NCBI GenBank assembly: GCA_963728915.1
Contig: CAVSLV010000001.1
Span: forward strand, 96,001 to 160,000
Direction: 5' to 3'
From: an uncultured Gemmatimonadales bacterium
GTDB taxonomy: Bacteria; Gemmatimonadota; Gemmatimonadetes; Gemmatimonadales; GWC2-71-9
Length of the DNA stretch: 64,000 nucleotides
Shown one piece after another: positions 49,815-58,328 of this stretch. The position numbers and the translations under genes are program-made. Each line of letters opens with the position of its first letter. Within the stretch, counting starts at the first letter, position 1. The notes below the pieces were generated by a model, which saw only the letters and a program-made list of their open reading frames with translations, did not search any database and was not told where the DNA came from.

Positions 49815-50774
49815 TTACTCGAACAGCGAGCTGACCGACTGGTCGCTATGGGTGTAGCCGATCGCCTTCGCGAGCAGACCGGCGATCGAAAGAACCTTGA
49901 GCTTGTCGAACTGTTTTTCCGGCGGGATCTGAATCGTATTCGTCACCGCCACCTCCACCACCGGCGCTTCGATAAGCCGCTCCACCGCCGGCCCGGAAAG
50001 CAGGGCGTGGGTGGCGCAGAGGTAAATGTCCTGGGCGCCCAGCCGCTTCAGGGCCCGGGCCGCCTCGCACATCGTTCCGGCGGTATCGATCATGTCGTCC
50101 GGGATGATGCAATCCCGTCCTTCGACTTCCCCAACCACGTTCACCGCTTCCGCCACGTTGGCGGCGGTCCGCCGCTTGTCGATGATGGCGAGGGTTGCAT
50201 CCAGTCGCTTGGCGTAGCCTCGCGCCATCTTGGCCCCGCCCACGTCGCTCGCCACCACGGTCAGGTTCTTCAGGCCCTTCTGCCGGTAGTGCGACGTGAA
50301 CACCGGCGCCGCGTACAGGTGATCGACCGGAAGATCGAAGAAGCCCTGGAGCTGGTGCATGTGAAAATCCATCGCCAGCACTCGATCCGCCCCTGCTCCG
50401 GAGATGATGTTCGCCATCAGCTTGGCACTGATCGCCACCCGGGGCTGGTCTTTCCGATCCTGCCGGGCGTACCCGAAGTAGGGAATGACCGGAGTGACTC
50501 GCGCGGCGCTGGCCCGTCGCGCTGCATCCATGAGCAGCAACAGCTCGATCAGGTTTTCGGCCGGCGGGTTGGTCGGCTGGATGATGTAGACATCCCGCCC
50601 CCTCACGTTCTCGTCGATTTTGACGAAGATCTCGCCGTCCGAGAACCGCCGGATCGTGGCTCGACAGAGCGTGGCGTTGAGCTCCTCCGCCACTTCTTCC
50701 GCCAATGGCCGGTTGGCCGTGCCGGAGAGAAGCAGCATCGGACTCCGAGCGATGGACTCGTTCGGCAGGGCCAT
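49815..50774 (-). CDS. prs: Ribose-phosphate pyrophosphokinase
   Basis: FSDGE, PYFGYARQDRK, QLQGFFD, DDMIDTAGT. Confidence 0.97.
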   Translation of the reverse strand: MALPNESIARSPMLLLSGTANRPLAEEVAEELNATLCRATIRRFSDGEIFVKIDENVRGRDVYIIQPTNPPAENLIELLLLMDAARRASAARVTPVIPYFGYARQDRKDQPRVAISAKLMANIISGAGADRVLAMDFHMHQLQGFFDLPVDHLYAAPVFTSHYRQKGLKNLTVVASDVGGAKMARGYAKRLDATLAIIDKRRTAANVAEAVNVVGEVEGRDCIIPDDMIDTAGTMCEAARALKRLGAQDIYLCATHALLSGPAVERLIEAPVVEVAVTNTIQIPPEKQFDKLKVLSIAGLLAKAIGYTHSDQSVSSLFE

Positions 50775-50846
50775 AGCCAGATAAAGATAATAGCGACTAG
50801 GGGTTAGGTGCTAGTCGAACGGGCGGACGGCCGGAAAGGCGGACTG

Positions 50847-51701
50847 CTAGCGCGCGGCCAGCCAGCGAAGGACCGCGGTTTCCAGCGCAATCCGATGGTC
50901 CGACCAGGAGTGATCGGTCGGCCGGTGGACCGTGGTGACGTTCGTATTCCCGAGCTCCCGGACTCTCGCCACCAGCGGGTCGGTGTGGGCGGCGAGTCCG
51001 TCATCCGAGGTGAGCACGAGCAGCGGCATCCGAGCCAATCCGCTCGCGGCACGATCGAACCCCCAGCCCGCCGCGCCGCCCCGGAGATCGTCCGCCATGC
51101 TCTGGCCGGTAACCCCGGCGAGTGCTTCCATATTGTCGGCCATGAAGGCCGCGAGCGAATCGCGCTGCATCCCACCCACCCGCCCCAGATCGGCCGCCGA
51201 GATCAGGATCGCGCCCACCAGCTCGGGATGCTTTGCCGCGATCAGCGCGGTCACCCACCCTCCCATGCTGTGTCCGGCGAGCACGATGCGCCGCGGGTTA
51301 ATCCCGTACTGCGCTGCATTCGCGCTGTCCCGCAGGAACGCCAGAACCGCCTCGGCGTCCTCCAGGTTGTTGCCGAACCGGAACTGACCCGGGCTGCCCC
51401 AGGACCCGCGGTAGTTGAACGTGACGGCGTTCCAACCGGCTCGGCGGATCGCCTGGGCGAGATCGAGGTTCTTCTCGTTCCCGGGGAGCCCATGGCAGAG
51501 AATGACGGTCGGATGGCGGCCGCCACCGGAGGCGAGATAGGCGACCCCATTGATGTTCACGCCCCCGCTCGGGATGTGAAGCACCTCCATCCGGGCCGGG
51601 TGCACGCTGTCTCTGGCCGGATCGGCCGAAATCGCCGGGGGAGCCTGGGCGCAAAGGGTCGAGGCAGACAGGAGCACGCCGCAGCAAAGGAATCGCTTCA
51701 T
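50847..51701 (-). CDS. Secreted alpha/beta hydrolase
   Basis: Signal peptide; HGLPGNEKN, YRGSWGSPG, GHSMGG, C-terminal DH. Confidence 0.87.
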   Translation of the reverse strand: MKRFLCCGVLLSASTLCAQAPPAISADPARDSVHPARMEVLHIPSGGVNINGVAYLASGGGRHPTVILCHGLPGNEKNLDLAQAIRRAGWNAVTFNYRGSWGSPGQFRFGNNLEDAEAVLAFLRDSANAAQYGINPRRIVLAGHSMGGWVTALIAAKHPELVGAILISAADLGRVGGMQRDSLAAFMADNMEALAGVTGQSMADDLRGGAAGWGFDRAASGLARMPLLVLTSDDGLAAHTDPLVARVRELGNTNVTTVHRPTDHSWSDHRIALETAVLRWLAAR

Positions 51702-51721
51702 GGCTCGATCCGGGAAGAGGG

Positions 51722-52765
51722 TCACGGTTTGAGGGCGATTTTCAGGCAACCGTCGCGGCGCTCGGCGAACATCCGATAGGCGGCGGGGCCATCCTCGAGA
51801 GGAAGGATGTGGGTGAACAGGGCAGCCAGCGCGGCTTCATGCTTCCTCGCCAGGGGCACCAGCTCCTCCATATAGGCTCGCGCGGGACAGCGGCCGATCC
51901 GCCAGGTGAGGTTCTTGTCGTAGGCCTGACCGGGTGAGAAGGGGAAGGACGGCTCATGGTGCACTCCCACCGCGGAAATGGTACCCCCGGGTCGCACCAG
52001 CTCAAAGGCGAGGCGTCCCGACTCGGGCGAGCCGATGGCTTCCAGGACGGCGTCGACCCCGCGTCCACCGGTCTGCTCCCGGATCGGTCCGGCCGGCTCG
52101 CGCCCCGCCTCCACCGGCTCGGCGCCCAGGCTCCGGGCCCGTTCCAGGCGCTCCGGGACCAGGTCGAGGGCAAAGACTCGCTCGGCGCCGAGCTCCCGAG
52201 CGGCGAGGATGGCCATCAGCCCGACCGGTCCGCACCCTAACACGGCGCACACCGATCCCGGTCCGATCCCTGCCTGCCGGGCGCAGTGGAATCCGGTCGC
52301 CAGGACGTCTCCCAGCAGGAGGGTGGCGCCAAGCCCGAGCCCTTCCGGGCCTCGCATCAGGGTCGAGTCGGCCAGGGGAATCCGGGCCAGCTCGGCTTGC
52401 AGCCCGTGGAGTCCGCGTCCCCGTTCGACCCAACCGAACAGCTGACCCCGCTCACACCGCGCGGTGAGCCCGGTGCGGCAATAGAAGCAGGCGGCACAGC
52501 TCGTCGTGAAGGGCGCCACCACGAGGTCTCCCAGCCGGAAGCGGGTGACCGCCGCCCCGACTTCGAGAATGCGGCCGACCATCTCGTGACCCATGACGGT
52601 TCCCCCATCCAGCCCGGTCTCGCGGCCGTGCCAGACGTGGAGGTCGGAGCCGCAGATCCCGGCGAGCTCGACCTGGACCAGCACATCTTCCGGAGCGAGG
52701 AGCGCCGGGTCCGCCACCGCTTCGACCCGGAAATCGCCGGGGGCGTGGTAGGTCAGGGCTTGCAT
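51722..52765 (-). CDS. Zinc-dependent alcohol dehydrogenase (MDR family)
   Basis: GICGSDLH, GHE, CAACFYC...C, GCGPVG. Confidence 0.92.
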   Translation of the reverse strand: MQALTYHAPGDFRVEAVADPALLAPEDVLVQVELAGICGSDLHVWHGRETGLDGGTVMGHEMVGRILEVGAAVTRFRLGDLVVAPFTTSCAACFYCRTGLTARCERGQLFGWVERGRGLHGLQAELARIPLADSTLMRGPEGLGLGATLLLGDVLATGFHCARQAGIGPGSVCAVLGCGPVGLMAILAARELGAERVFALDLVPERLERARSLGAEPVEAGREPAGPIREQTGGRGVDAVLEAIGSPESGRLAFELVRPGGTISAVGVHHEPSFPFSPGQAYDKNLTWRIGRCPARAYMEELVPLARKHEAALAALFTHILPLEDGPAAYRMFAERRDGCLKIALKP

Positions 52766-52845
52766 GGCGCCACCGTGGATAACTCGCCGACCGGATCGTC
52801 TCCTCGGGGGAGGCCAATCCCCGGACTTGAACTCGGGAGGAACGC

Positions 52846-53025
52846 ATGACGCTCACCCTGGAGGGGAAGGAAGCCGGGATCCTGAGGGATCTCCTCACCG
52901 ACTATCTGCCCCAGCTTCGTCGAGAGACCGCCCGTACCGAAGCGAAGGAGCTCCGGCACGTGCTGGTGGAACGGATGGAGCTCTGCGAGCGATTGCTGGA
53001 GCGGCTGGCGCATCAGCCGGCGTAG
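52846..53025 (+). CDS. Small hypothetical helical protein (59 aa)
   Basis: Absent from the track (under 60 aa); GGAGG RBS 5 nt upstream; MTLTLEGKEAGILRDLLTDYLPQLRRETARTEAKELRHVLVERMELCERLLERLAHQPA. Confidence 0.7.
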   Translation: MTLTLEGKEAGILRDLLTDYLPQLRRETARTEAKELRHVLVERMELCERLLERLAHQPA

Positions 53026-53048
53026 CCGTTCCGGGAGTGCGGGACCAG

Positions 53049-53119
53049 TTGGCCCCGGTGGATTCGAACCACCATTCTCAGATCCAAAGTCTGATGTCCT
53101 GCCATTGGACGAGGGGCCA
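53049..53119 (-). tRNA. tRNA-Gln(UUG), CCA not encoded
   Basis: TGGCCCC/GGGGCCA acceptor stem; anticodon arm TCAGA-CTTTGGA-TCTGA; GGTTCGAATCC T-arm; typical position between ispE and prs; -10 TACCTT at 53134-53129. Confidence 0.96.
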
Positions 53120-53232
53120 GCGCACCGAAAGGTAGCAGGCGGTCCGATTCCGTCCACAGCTTGCATCGAGCTCCCATCGGGTATAGGTAGCGAGGGCGGG
53201 CAGTTGTGAACGCCACACGATGGAGGTGAACC

Positions 53233-53550
53233 ATGCGGATGCTCATGAAAGTGCAGCTGGACCCGGCGGGAATGAAAGAGATCGTCGACCGGGGAGAAAT
53301 GCCGGAGTTCATGGAGACGACCCTCGAACGAATCCGGCCCGAGGCCACCTACTTCACCATGGAAAACGGCCGGCGCACCGCGCTCTTCGTCTTCGACCTC
53401 AAGGAGCCGAGCGACCTTCCCAGGCTGTCCGAGCCCTTCTTCGAGACCGGGGACGCACAGATCCAGTGTTCTCCAGTCATGACGGTCGACGACCTGAAGG
53501 CCGGCCTCAAGAAACTGGAGTCGGGGCGGCTCGCGACCAGCCGGCGATAG
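53233..53550 (+). CDS. Hypothetical protein (DUF3303-like)
   Basis: GGAGGTG RBS; PEATYFT..G.RTALFVFDL...LP.LSEPFF...PVMT.DDL. Confidence 0.75.
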   Translation: MRMLMKVQLDPAGMKEIVDRGEMPEFMETTLERIRPEATYFTMENGRRTALFVFDLKEPSDLPRLSEPFFETGDAQIQCSPVMTVDDLKAGLKKLESGRLATSRR

Positions 53551-53584
53551 GGGCTGACCCTGGGATGTGGCGGGCGCGCCACTC

Positions 53585-53613
53585 TTGACGCCTTGGAGGC
53601 CCAATCGCATTCT
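53585..53613 (+). promoter_or_regulatory. Putative sigma70 promoter of the small peptide gene
   Basis: TTGACG-17 nt-CATTCT. Confidence 0.55.
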
Positions 53614-53642
53614 TGCCGATCCCAACGACTCCGGAGGATCGA

Positions 53643-53759
53643 ATGAAAAAGCGATTCGTGGCTCCCATCCTTCGGCTGGAGGCCAGCTTGACGGACTTGA
53701 CCCTGCTCCAACCCGCCGTATCCGGGGCATCGACCAACGACGCCGGTCTTTCCCAGTAA
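53643..53759 (+). CDS. 38-aa RiPP-precursor-like peptide
   Basis: Absent from the track; GGAGG RBS; MKKRFVAPILRLEASLTDLTLLQPAVSGASTNDAGLSQ; flanked by a promoter and a terminator. Confidence 0.72.
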   Translation: MKKRFVAPILRLEASLTDLTLLQPAVSGASTNDAGLSQ

Positions 53760-53776
53760 CAACAGCAGCAACGGAG

Positions 53777-53810
53777 CGAAGCGCCCGGGCAACCGGGCGC
53801 TTCGTTTGTT
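53777..53810 (+). terminator. Intrinsic terminator
   Basis: Perfect 12-bp stem CGAAGCGCCCGG-GCAA-CCGGGCGCTTCG followed by TTTGTT. Confidence 0.82.
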
Positions 53811-54990
53811 AGCGACCTCAGGGCTGGGCCTGGCGGCCCTGGCCTGCCGAACGACCCCCGTCACCATCCACGCCGGTCTGCTTCTCGATGGCCGAGGCAA
53901 TCAGCGCCGGGATGTCGTGGTCACCGTCATCGGGTCCACCATCCGTTCGGTAGCGCCATGGCACGGGGCCCCGGTGACCTGGGACCTTTCCCGGTACACC
54001 CTTCTGCCGGGGCTGATCGATGCCCACACCCATATCGCGGGATTCTTCAACCGCCAGGGACGGTCCTCGATCGGTCAGGAAGGCACCGTCGAGCGGCGTG
54101 CGGGTCAGGCGGCCGTTGCGTTGGCCACCGTTCGGGCAGGGTTCACCACCATCGCCAGCATGGGCTCCTGGGATGATCGGTGGCTTCGTGACGCCATTGC
54201 CCGAGGGGCCATTCCGGGACCCCGGATTCTCACCTCGCTCGCCCCGCTCATGAAGGCAACGCTTTCTCCAGAAGCGCTTCGGAAGGAAGTGCGAAGTCGA
54301 AAGCAACAGGGGGCCGATTTCATCAAGGTCTTCGACTCGAGAGGCGTAGCGTCGGGAGGAGCCCCGACCCTGATACCGGCTCAGCTCGAGGCGGTGTGCT
54401 CCGAGGCCCATGCCGTCGGCTTGCGCGCGGTGGTCCACGCCCATTCGGATGCCAGCATCCGCGATGCGGTGGCCGCCGGGTGCGATGAGGTGGAACACGG
54501 GTTCCTGGCGACCCAGGAGGGCCTGAAGCTCCTGGCCGACAAGCGCGTCTGGTTCGACCCCCAGTGCCGGCTGGTACTGACCAATTATCTGGACAACCGG
54601 GCCCGCTTCGAAGGACTGCCCGGCCTGGACTCGGTCGCCTTCTCGACCGCCGCTCTGCTGCTCCCGGTGCTTCCCCGCATGATCCGGAGCTTCCTTGCCA
54701 TTCCCGGCTCCCGCCTGCTTTACGGCACCGACGCGGTTGCCGGGTCGCACGGGCGAAATGCGGAAGACCTGGTCTGCCGGGTCCGGGAAGCAGGCCAGTC
54801 CCCCATGGACGCGCTGGTGAGCGCGACCTCCCTCAATGCTTCCGCGTTAGGACTCGGAGACCGGATCGGGACCGTTGCCCCGGGCTATCAGGCCGATCTC
54901 ATCGCCCTGGACGGGAATCCCCTGGACTCGATCGAGGTGGTTCGCCGGGTGGTGTTCGTGATGCGGGGAGGAACGGTGCTCAGGCACTGA
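53806..54990 (+). CDS. Metal-dependent amidohydrolase (Xaa-Pro dipeptidase-like), possible lipoprotein
   Basis: LPGLIDAHTH, ADFIKV, VHAH, EHG, YGTDA, G..APGYQADLIALDGNPL. TTG start uncertain. Confidence 0.87.
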   Translation: MLATSGLGLAALACRTTPVTIHAGLLLDGRGNQRRDVVVTVIGSTIRSVAPWHGAPVTWDLSRYTLLPGLIDAHTHIAGFFNRQGRSSIGQEGTVERRAGQAAVALATVRAGFTTIASMGSWDDRWLRDAIARGAIPGPRILTSLAPLMKATLSPEALRKEVRSRKQQGADFIKVFDSRGVASGGAPTLIPAQLEAVCSEAHAVGLRAVVHAHSDASIRDAVAAGCDEVEHGFLATQEGLKLLADKRVWFDPQCRLVLTNYLDNRARFEGLPGLDSVAFSTAALLLPVLPRMIRSFLAIPGSRLLYGTDAVAGSHGRNAEDLVCRVREAGQSPMDALVSATSLNASALGLGDRIGTVAPGYQADLIALDGNPLDSIEVVRRVVFVMRGGTVLRH

Positions 54991-55846
54991 CCGTTTGAGT
55001 CGCGGACAGCACGCCGTGTTTCCGTCCCAACGCCATGCGCGCATCGTCGCGCTCCCCCTCGGTCCGATAGACCGCGAACAGGGTTGATCCCGAACCGGTC
55101 ATCCGGCAGAGCAGGGGACCGGTCCGGGCCAGGGCCTCGAACGCTGCCCGGACCTCGGGGCGATGCGCGAACACCACCGATTCGAAATCGTTCCCGGCCA
55201 TGCGGGCCACGTCGCTCCAGCTCCCCAGGGATTGGGCATCCAGCAGGACCGCGCCCCTCCGCACCGGCTGGGTTCGTGATGCATCGAGCCAGCGGTAGGC
55301 TTCGCTGGTGCTGACCGGCGCGGGGGGAGAAACCAGCAGGACCGGAGCGATCGGCAGCGCGGGAAGTCGCATCATGCGCTCTCCATGACCCCACGCGAGG
55401 GCGAGGGGAGCCTCACTCAGGCAGTAGGACACGTCCGCGCCGAGCCGCGCCGCCATCTGGAAGAGCTCGGCGCGGGGGACGGCGTTCCCGGCAAGCTCGT
55501 TCACGAGCTGCAGAGTCGCCGCGGCATCCGCGGAGCCTCCCCCCAGCCCGCCGCCGACGGGGATCCGCTTCTCCAGGGTAAGCTCGACCCCGAACCGGGT
55601 GCGAAGCGCGGCCAGCACCGACTCCGCCGCGCGCCAGACCAGGTTCTCTTCCGGCGGACCCAGATCCGCGCCGGACCCCAGCAGCGCGATCCCGTTCCCC
55701 TCGGTTCGCCGGGCGGTCAGGGTGTCGGCGAGCTCGATGCGGGCAAACAGGGTCTCCAGGCCATGATACCCGGTCGATTCGGGCGCGAAGACCCGAAGGA
55801 ACAGATTGAGCTTGGCGGGAGCCGATCGGGTGAGGGTCTCGCTCAT
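54980..55846 (-). CDS. ispE: 4-diphosphocytidyl-2-C-methyl-D-erythritol kinase
   Basis: APAKLNLFL, KRIPVGGGLGGGSADAA, LGADV, NDFE, MTGSGS. Confidence 0.95.
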   Translation of the reverse strand: MSETLTRSAPAKLNLFLRVFAPESTGYHGLETLFARIELADTLTARRTEGNGIALLGSGADLGPPEENLVWRAAESVLAALRTRFGVELTLEKRIPVGGGLGGGSADAAATLQLVNELAGNAVPRAELFQMAARLGADVSYCLSEAPLALAWGHGERMMRLPALPIAPVLLVSPPAPVSTSEAYRWLDASRTQPVRRGAVLLDAQSLGSWSDVARMAGNDFESVVFAHRPEVRAAFEALARTGPLLCRMTGSGSTLFAVYRTEGERDDARMALGRKHGVLSATQTVSA

Positions 55847-55967
55847 GGGGCCGACTTCACGTGCAGTGTAGAACCGTGAATGTTGTTCTCTCCTGGAGGC
55901 CGGGCCAGCGGGGGAGAAACCTACCCAGCGTAGCTTTGAGACAGAAGCATGAACGGAGGCGCCGGTA

Positions 55968-57245
55968 ATGCCGGAACAGCGTGTCAGGGCCCTGCTGGAT
56001 GTCAACGTGGTCGGCAAGGGGTTTGCGGCTGAGGTGAGCCGCACCGGAATCTTTCGGGCCAGTGAAGGGTTGCTCCGGGCGATGCTGAGGCGGAAGGACA
56101 TGGTAGTCGCCTGCTCCGCTGAGGCGTCCTGGGTGAGCGAGCTTCTCCTCCTGGCCTACCGGGACGCTCGACATCCCGCGCTGCGGGAACACGTGGTGCG
56201 TGCCTGGGAACAGCGCGTGGCGACCGAGGGAGAAGGATCTGATCTCATCAACCGGATTCTGGGACTCGAACAGGCCGGGCGGGATGCTCGTCGGGAACGG
56301 GCCAACCTGATGCTCCTCAATGCGACGGCACGTCGTCGATCGATCGGGCCATTCGATGTTACCCACTCCCTGCGGTCCGCGCTTCCGGACCGCGCGCGGG
56401 TCAGGACTCGGGTCCGAGTCCTGACCGTGCACGACCTTGTTCCCCTGGTCCATCCCGAGTGGTCTTACGTGGGAGCAGAGGCCCAGATGCGGGAGATCCT
56501 CGGCAGCGTGGATGCCGCTCGCGACTTCCTGATCGCCAACTCGGCCGCGACGGCCGGGGAAATCGCGGACGTGCTGGGGATCGCGGCCGATCGGGTCTTC
56601 GTCACTCCCTTTGCGGCTGACGCCGGCACCTTCCGGCCGGAGCGGAACCCCGAGACCCTGGCCGGGGCGCGAGCTCGGTACCGGATTCCGGACGGCCCCT
56701 ATTTCCTGAGCCTCGGCACGCTGGAGCCGAGGAAGAATCTGCCTCATCTCCTTCGGTGTTTCTTCCGGCTGGTTGACCAGGAATGTCTCGACGGGGTACA
56801 ACTCGTGCTGGTCGGTCCAACCGGCTGGAAGACGGCGGAGATAGATGACCTCATTGCCGGGCGCGCCGACCTGAAAGGGCGTGTCGTGCGGACGGGGTTT
56901 GTCCAGGATGAGGATCTGGCGGCGATCTATTCCGCCGCGCACGCGTTTGTGTTCACCTCGCTCTACGAAGGCTTCGGGCTTCCGATCCTCGAGGCGATGC
57001 GGTGTGGGATCCCGGTCATCAGCTCGAACGCGGGAGCCCTTCCCGAGGTCGCGGGCGATGCGGCGGTCATGGTGTCCCCACACGATGAGGACGCCCTGTG
57101 TCAGGCAATGCTCGATATGCTTCGGGATGAGGGTCGCCGGACCAGCCTGGGCGAGCGGGGGCTCGAGCGGGCAGCAGGATTCACCTGGGATCGCACGGCG
57201 GAGCTCACCGCCAAGGCCTATCGCGCGATGCTGGATCGTTCGTAG
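55968..57245 (+). CDS. GT4 family glycosyltransferase (WbdA/MtfB-like)
   Basis: TVHDLVP, LGTLEPRKN, SLYEGFGLPILEAM, FTWDRTA. Confidence 0.9.
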   Translation: MPEQRVRALLDVNVVGKGFAAEVSRTGIFRASEGLLRAMLRRKDMVVACSAEASWVSELLLLAYRDARHPALREHVVRAWEQRVATEGEGSDLINRILGLEQAGRDARRERANLMLLNATARRRSIGPFDVTHSLRSALPDRARVRTRVRVLTVHDLVPLVHPEWSYVGAEAQMREILGSVDAARDFLIANSAATAGEIADVLGIAADRVFVTPFAADAGTFRPERNPETLAGARARYRIPDGPYFLSLGTLEPRKNLPHLLRCFFRLVDQECLDGVQLVLVGPTGWKTAEIDDLIAGRADLKGRVVRTGFVQDEDLAAIYSAAHAFVFTSLYEGFGLPILEAMRCGIPVISSNAGALPEVAGDAAVMVSPHDEDALCQAMLDMLRDEGRRTSLGERGLERAAGFTWDRTAELTAKAYRAMLDRS

Positions 57246-57248
57246 ACC

Positions 57249-58328
57249 TCACGGCGCGGACATCCTGTCCAGCTCATCGACCACGATCTGGCCGACGCGG
57301 TCCCAGGTCCACGTTGCCGCCCGCGCGGCGCCGATGGCCCCTTTGGCCGCGCGCGCCTCCGCTTCCAGGTGTCGTACCGCGCGCAGGAGCCCCACCAGAG
57401 TGCCGACCAGCACCTCACAGAAATCCACTTCAGCAACCCGTTCCCGGAAGCCCAGGGCAACGCTGAAGCTCCGATTGACCGGAGCGCGAATTCGCCGCAC
57501 CGGCGTGAGCCAGGAGGTTTCCGCATCGCAATAATCACGACAGGCCCCGAAATCGGGAACGATCGCCGGGGTGCCGGATGCCATTGCCTCCAGAATTGGG
57601 ATGCAGAAGCCCTCTGCGCGATAGGGAAACACCGCCACGTCGCAGGCGCGATAGAGGGCCGCGAGGTCCCGGTCCGGCAGGAATTCATCGAGGTGAATGA
57701 TCTCCGGAGCATCGGGACGCGAACGCAAGTCCTCGATCCGCCGGCGGGCGTGATCCTCCCGATAGAACAGGTCTCCCGAGTGGTCCTTGAGAACCAGGCA
57801 TACGTCATCACTCCGGGAGAACGCCTCGGACCAGGCGTCGAGCAGGATGTCGGTCCCTTTGCGCAGACTCACCCCCCCAACGAAAAGGAAGCGAAAGCTC
57901 TTCTCCGTCGGGAGCGGAAACCGGGGCCCGTCGGGGTGGAAGAGCGTGGGATCAATCCCATGGGGCACGATTCCGATCCGGTCCGGCTCCACGCCCGCCT
58001 CGCGCGCCTGTGCGGCGATCCACGAGCTGTGGGCCCAGTAACGCTGAAACCTTCGGTTGATTCTCTCAACCCACGCCCGCGGCAGGGGACCGAAATCCCA
58101 GGTACGGACCGCGATCGACCGCGTCCGGTCCCGGGCCGGCGGCTCGAATTCCGTAAAGGGGGATTCGAAATCGTGATGGATGAGGAAGTCGGCCTCATCC
58201 CCCTGGTGGTGTTCGATGACTCGGTAGCCTGCGGCTTCGAGGGCCCGGCTCCAGCGGGCATTGATCTGGGCAAAAGCCGAACGCGCGGTGCGGCTCCCCT
58301 GGAAGGCGACGGTCCGACGCTCAGGCAA
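57249..58328 (-). CDS. GT4 family glycosyltransferase
   Basis: VPHGID, FLFVGG..RKGTDILL, PYRAEGFCIPILEAMASG, WTWD. TTG start overlaps the kinase stop by 8 nt. Confidence 0.88.
   Translation of the reverse strand: MPERRTVAFQGSRTARSAFAQINARWSRALEAAGYRVIEHHQGDEADFLIHHDFESPFTEFEPPARDRTRSIAVRTWDFGPLPRAWVERINRRFQRYWAHSSWIAAQAREAGVEPDRIGIVPHGIDPTLFHPDGPRFPLPTEKSFRFLFVGGVSLRKGTDILLDAWSEAFSRSDDVCLVLKDHSGDLFYREDHARRRIEDLRSRPDAPEIIHLDEFLPDRDLAALYRACDVAVFPYRAEGFCIPILEAMASGTPAIVPDFGACRDYCDAETSWLTPVRRIRAPVNRSFSVALGFRERVAEVDFCEVLVGTLVGLLRAVRHLEAEARAAKGAIGAARAATWTWDRVGQIVVDELDRMSAP

Noticed and set aside
50780..53119. Integrative element or prophage at tRNA-Gln
   Set aside because: No integrase or phage genes and no duplicated tRNA 3' end found by eye.
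53643..53759. Calling the peptide a lasso peptide precursor
   Set aside because: The leader fits, but the core would start with Leu and has its only Asp at position 12; no lasso cyclase or B2 protease is in the window.
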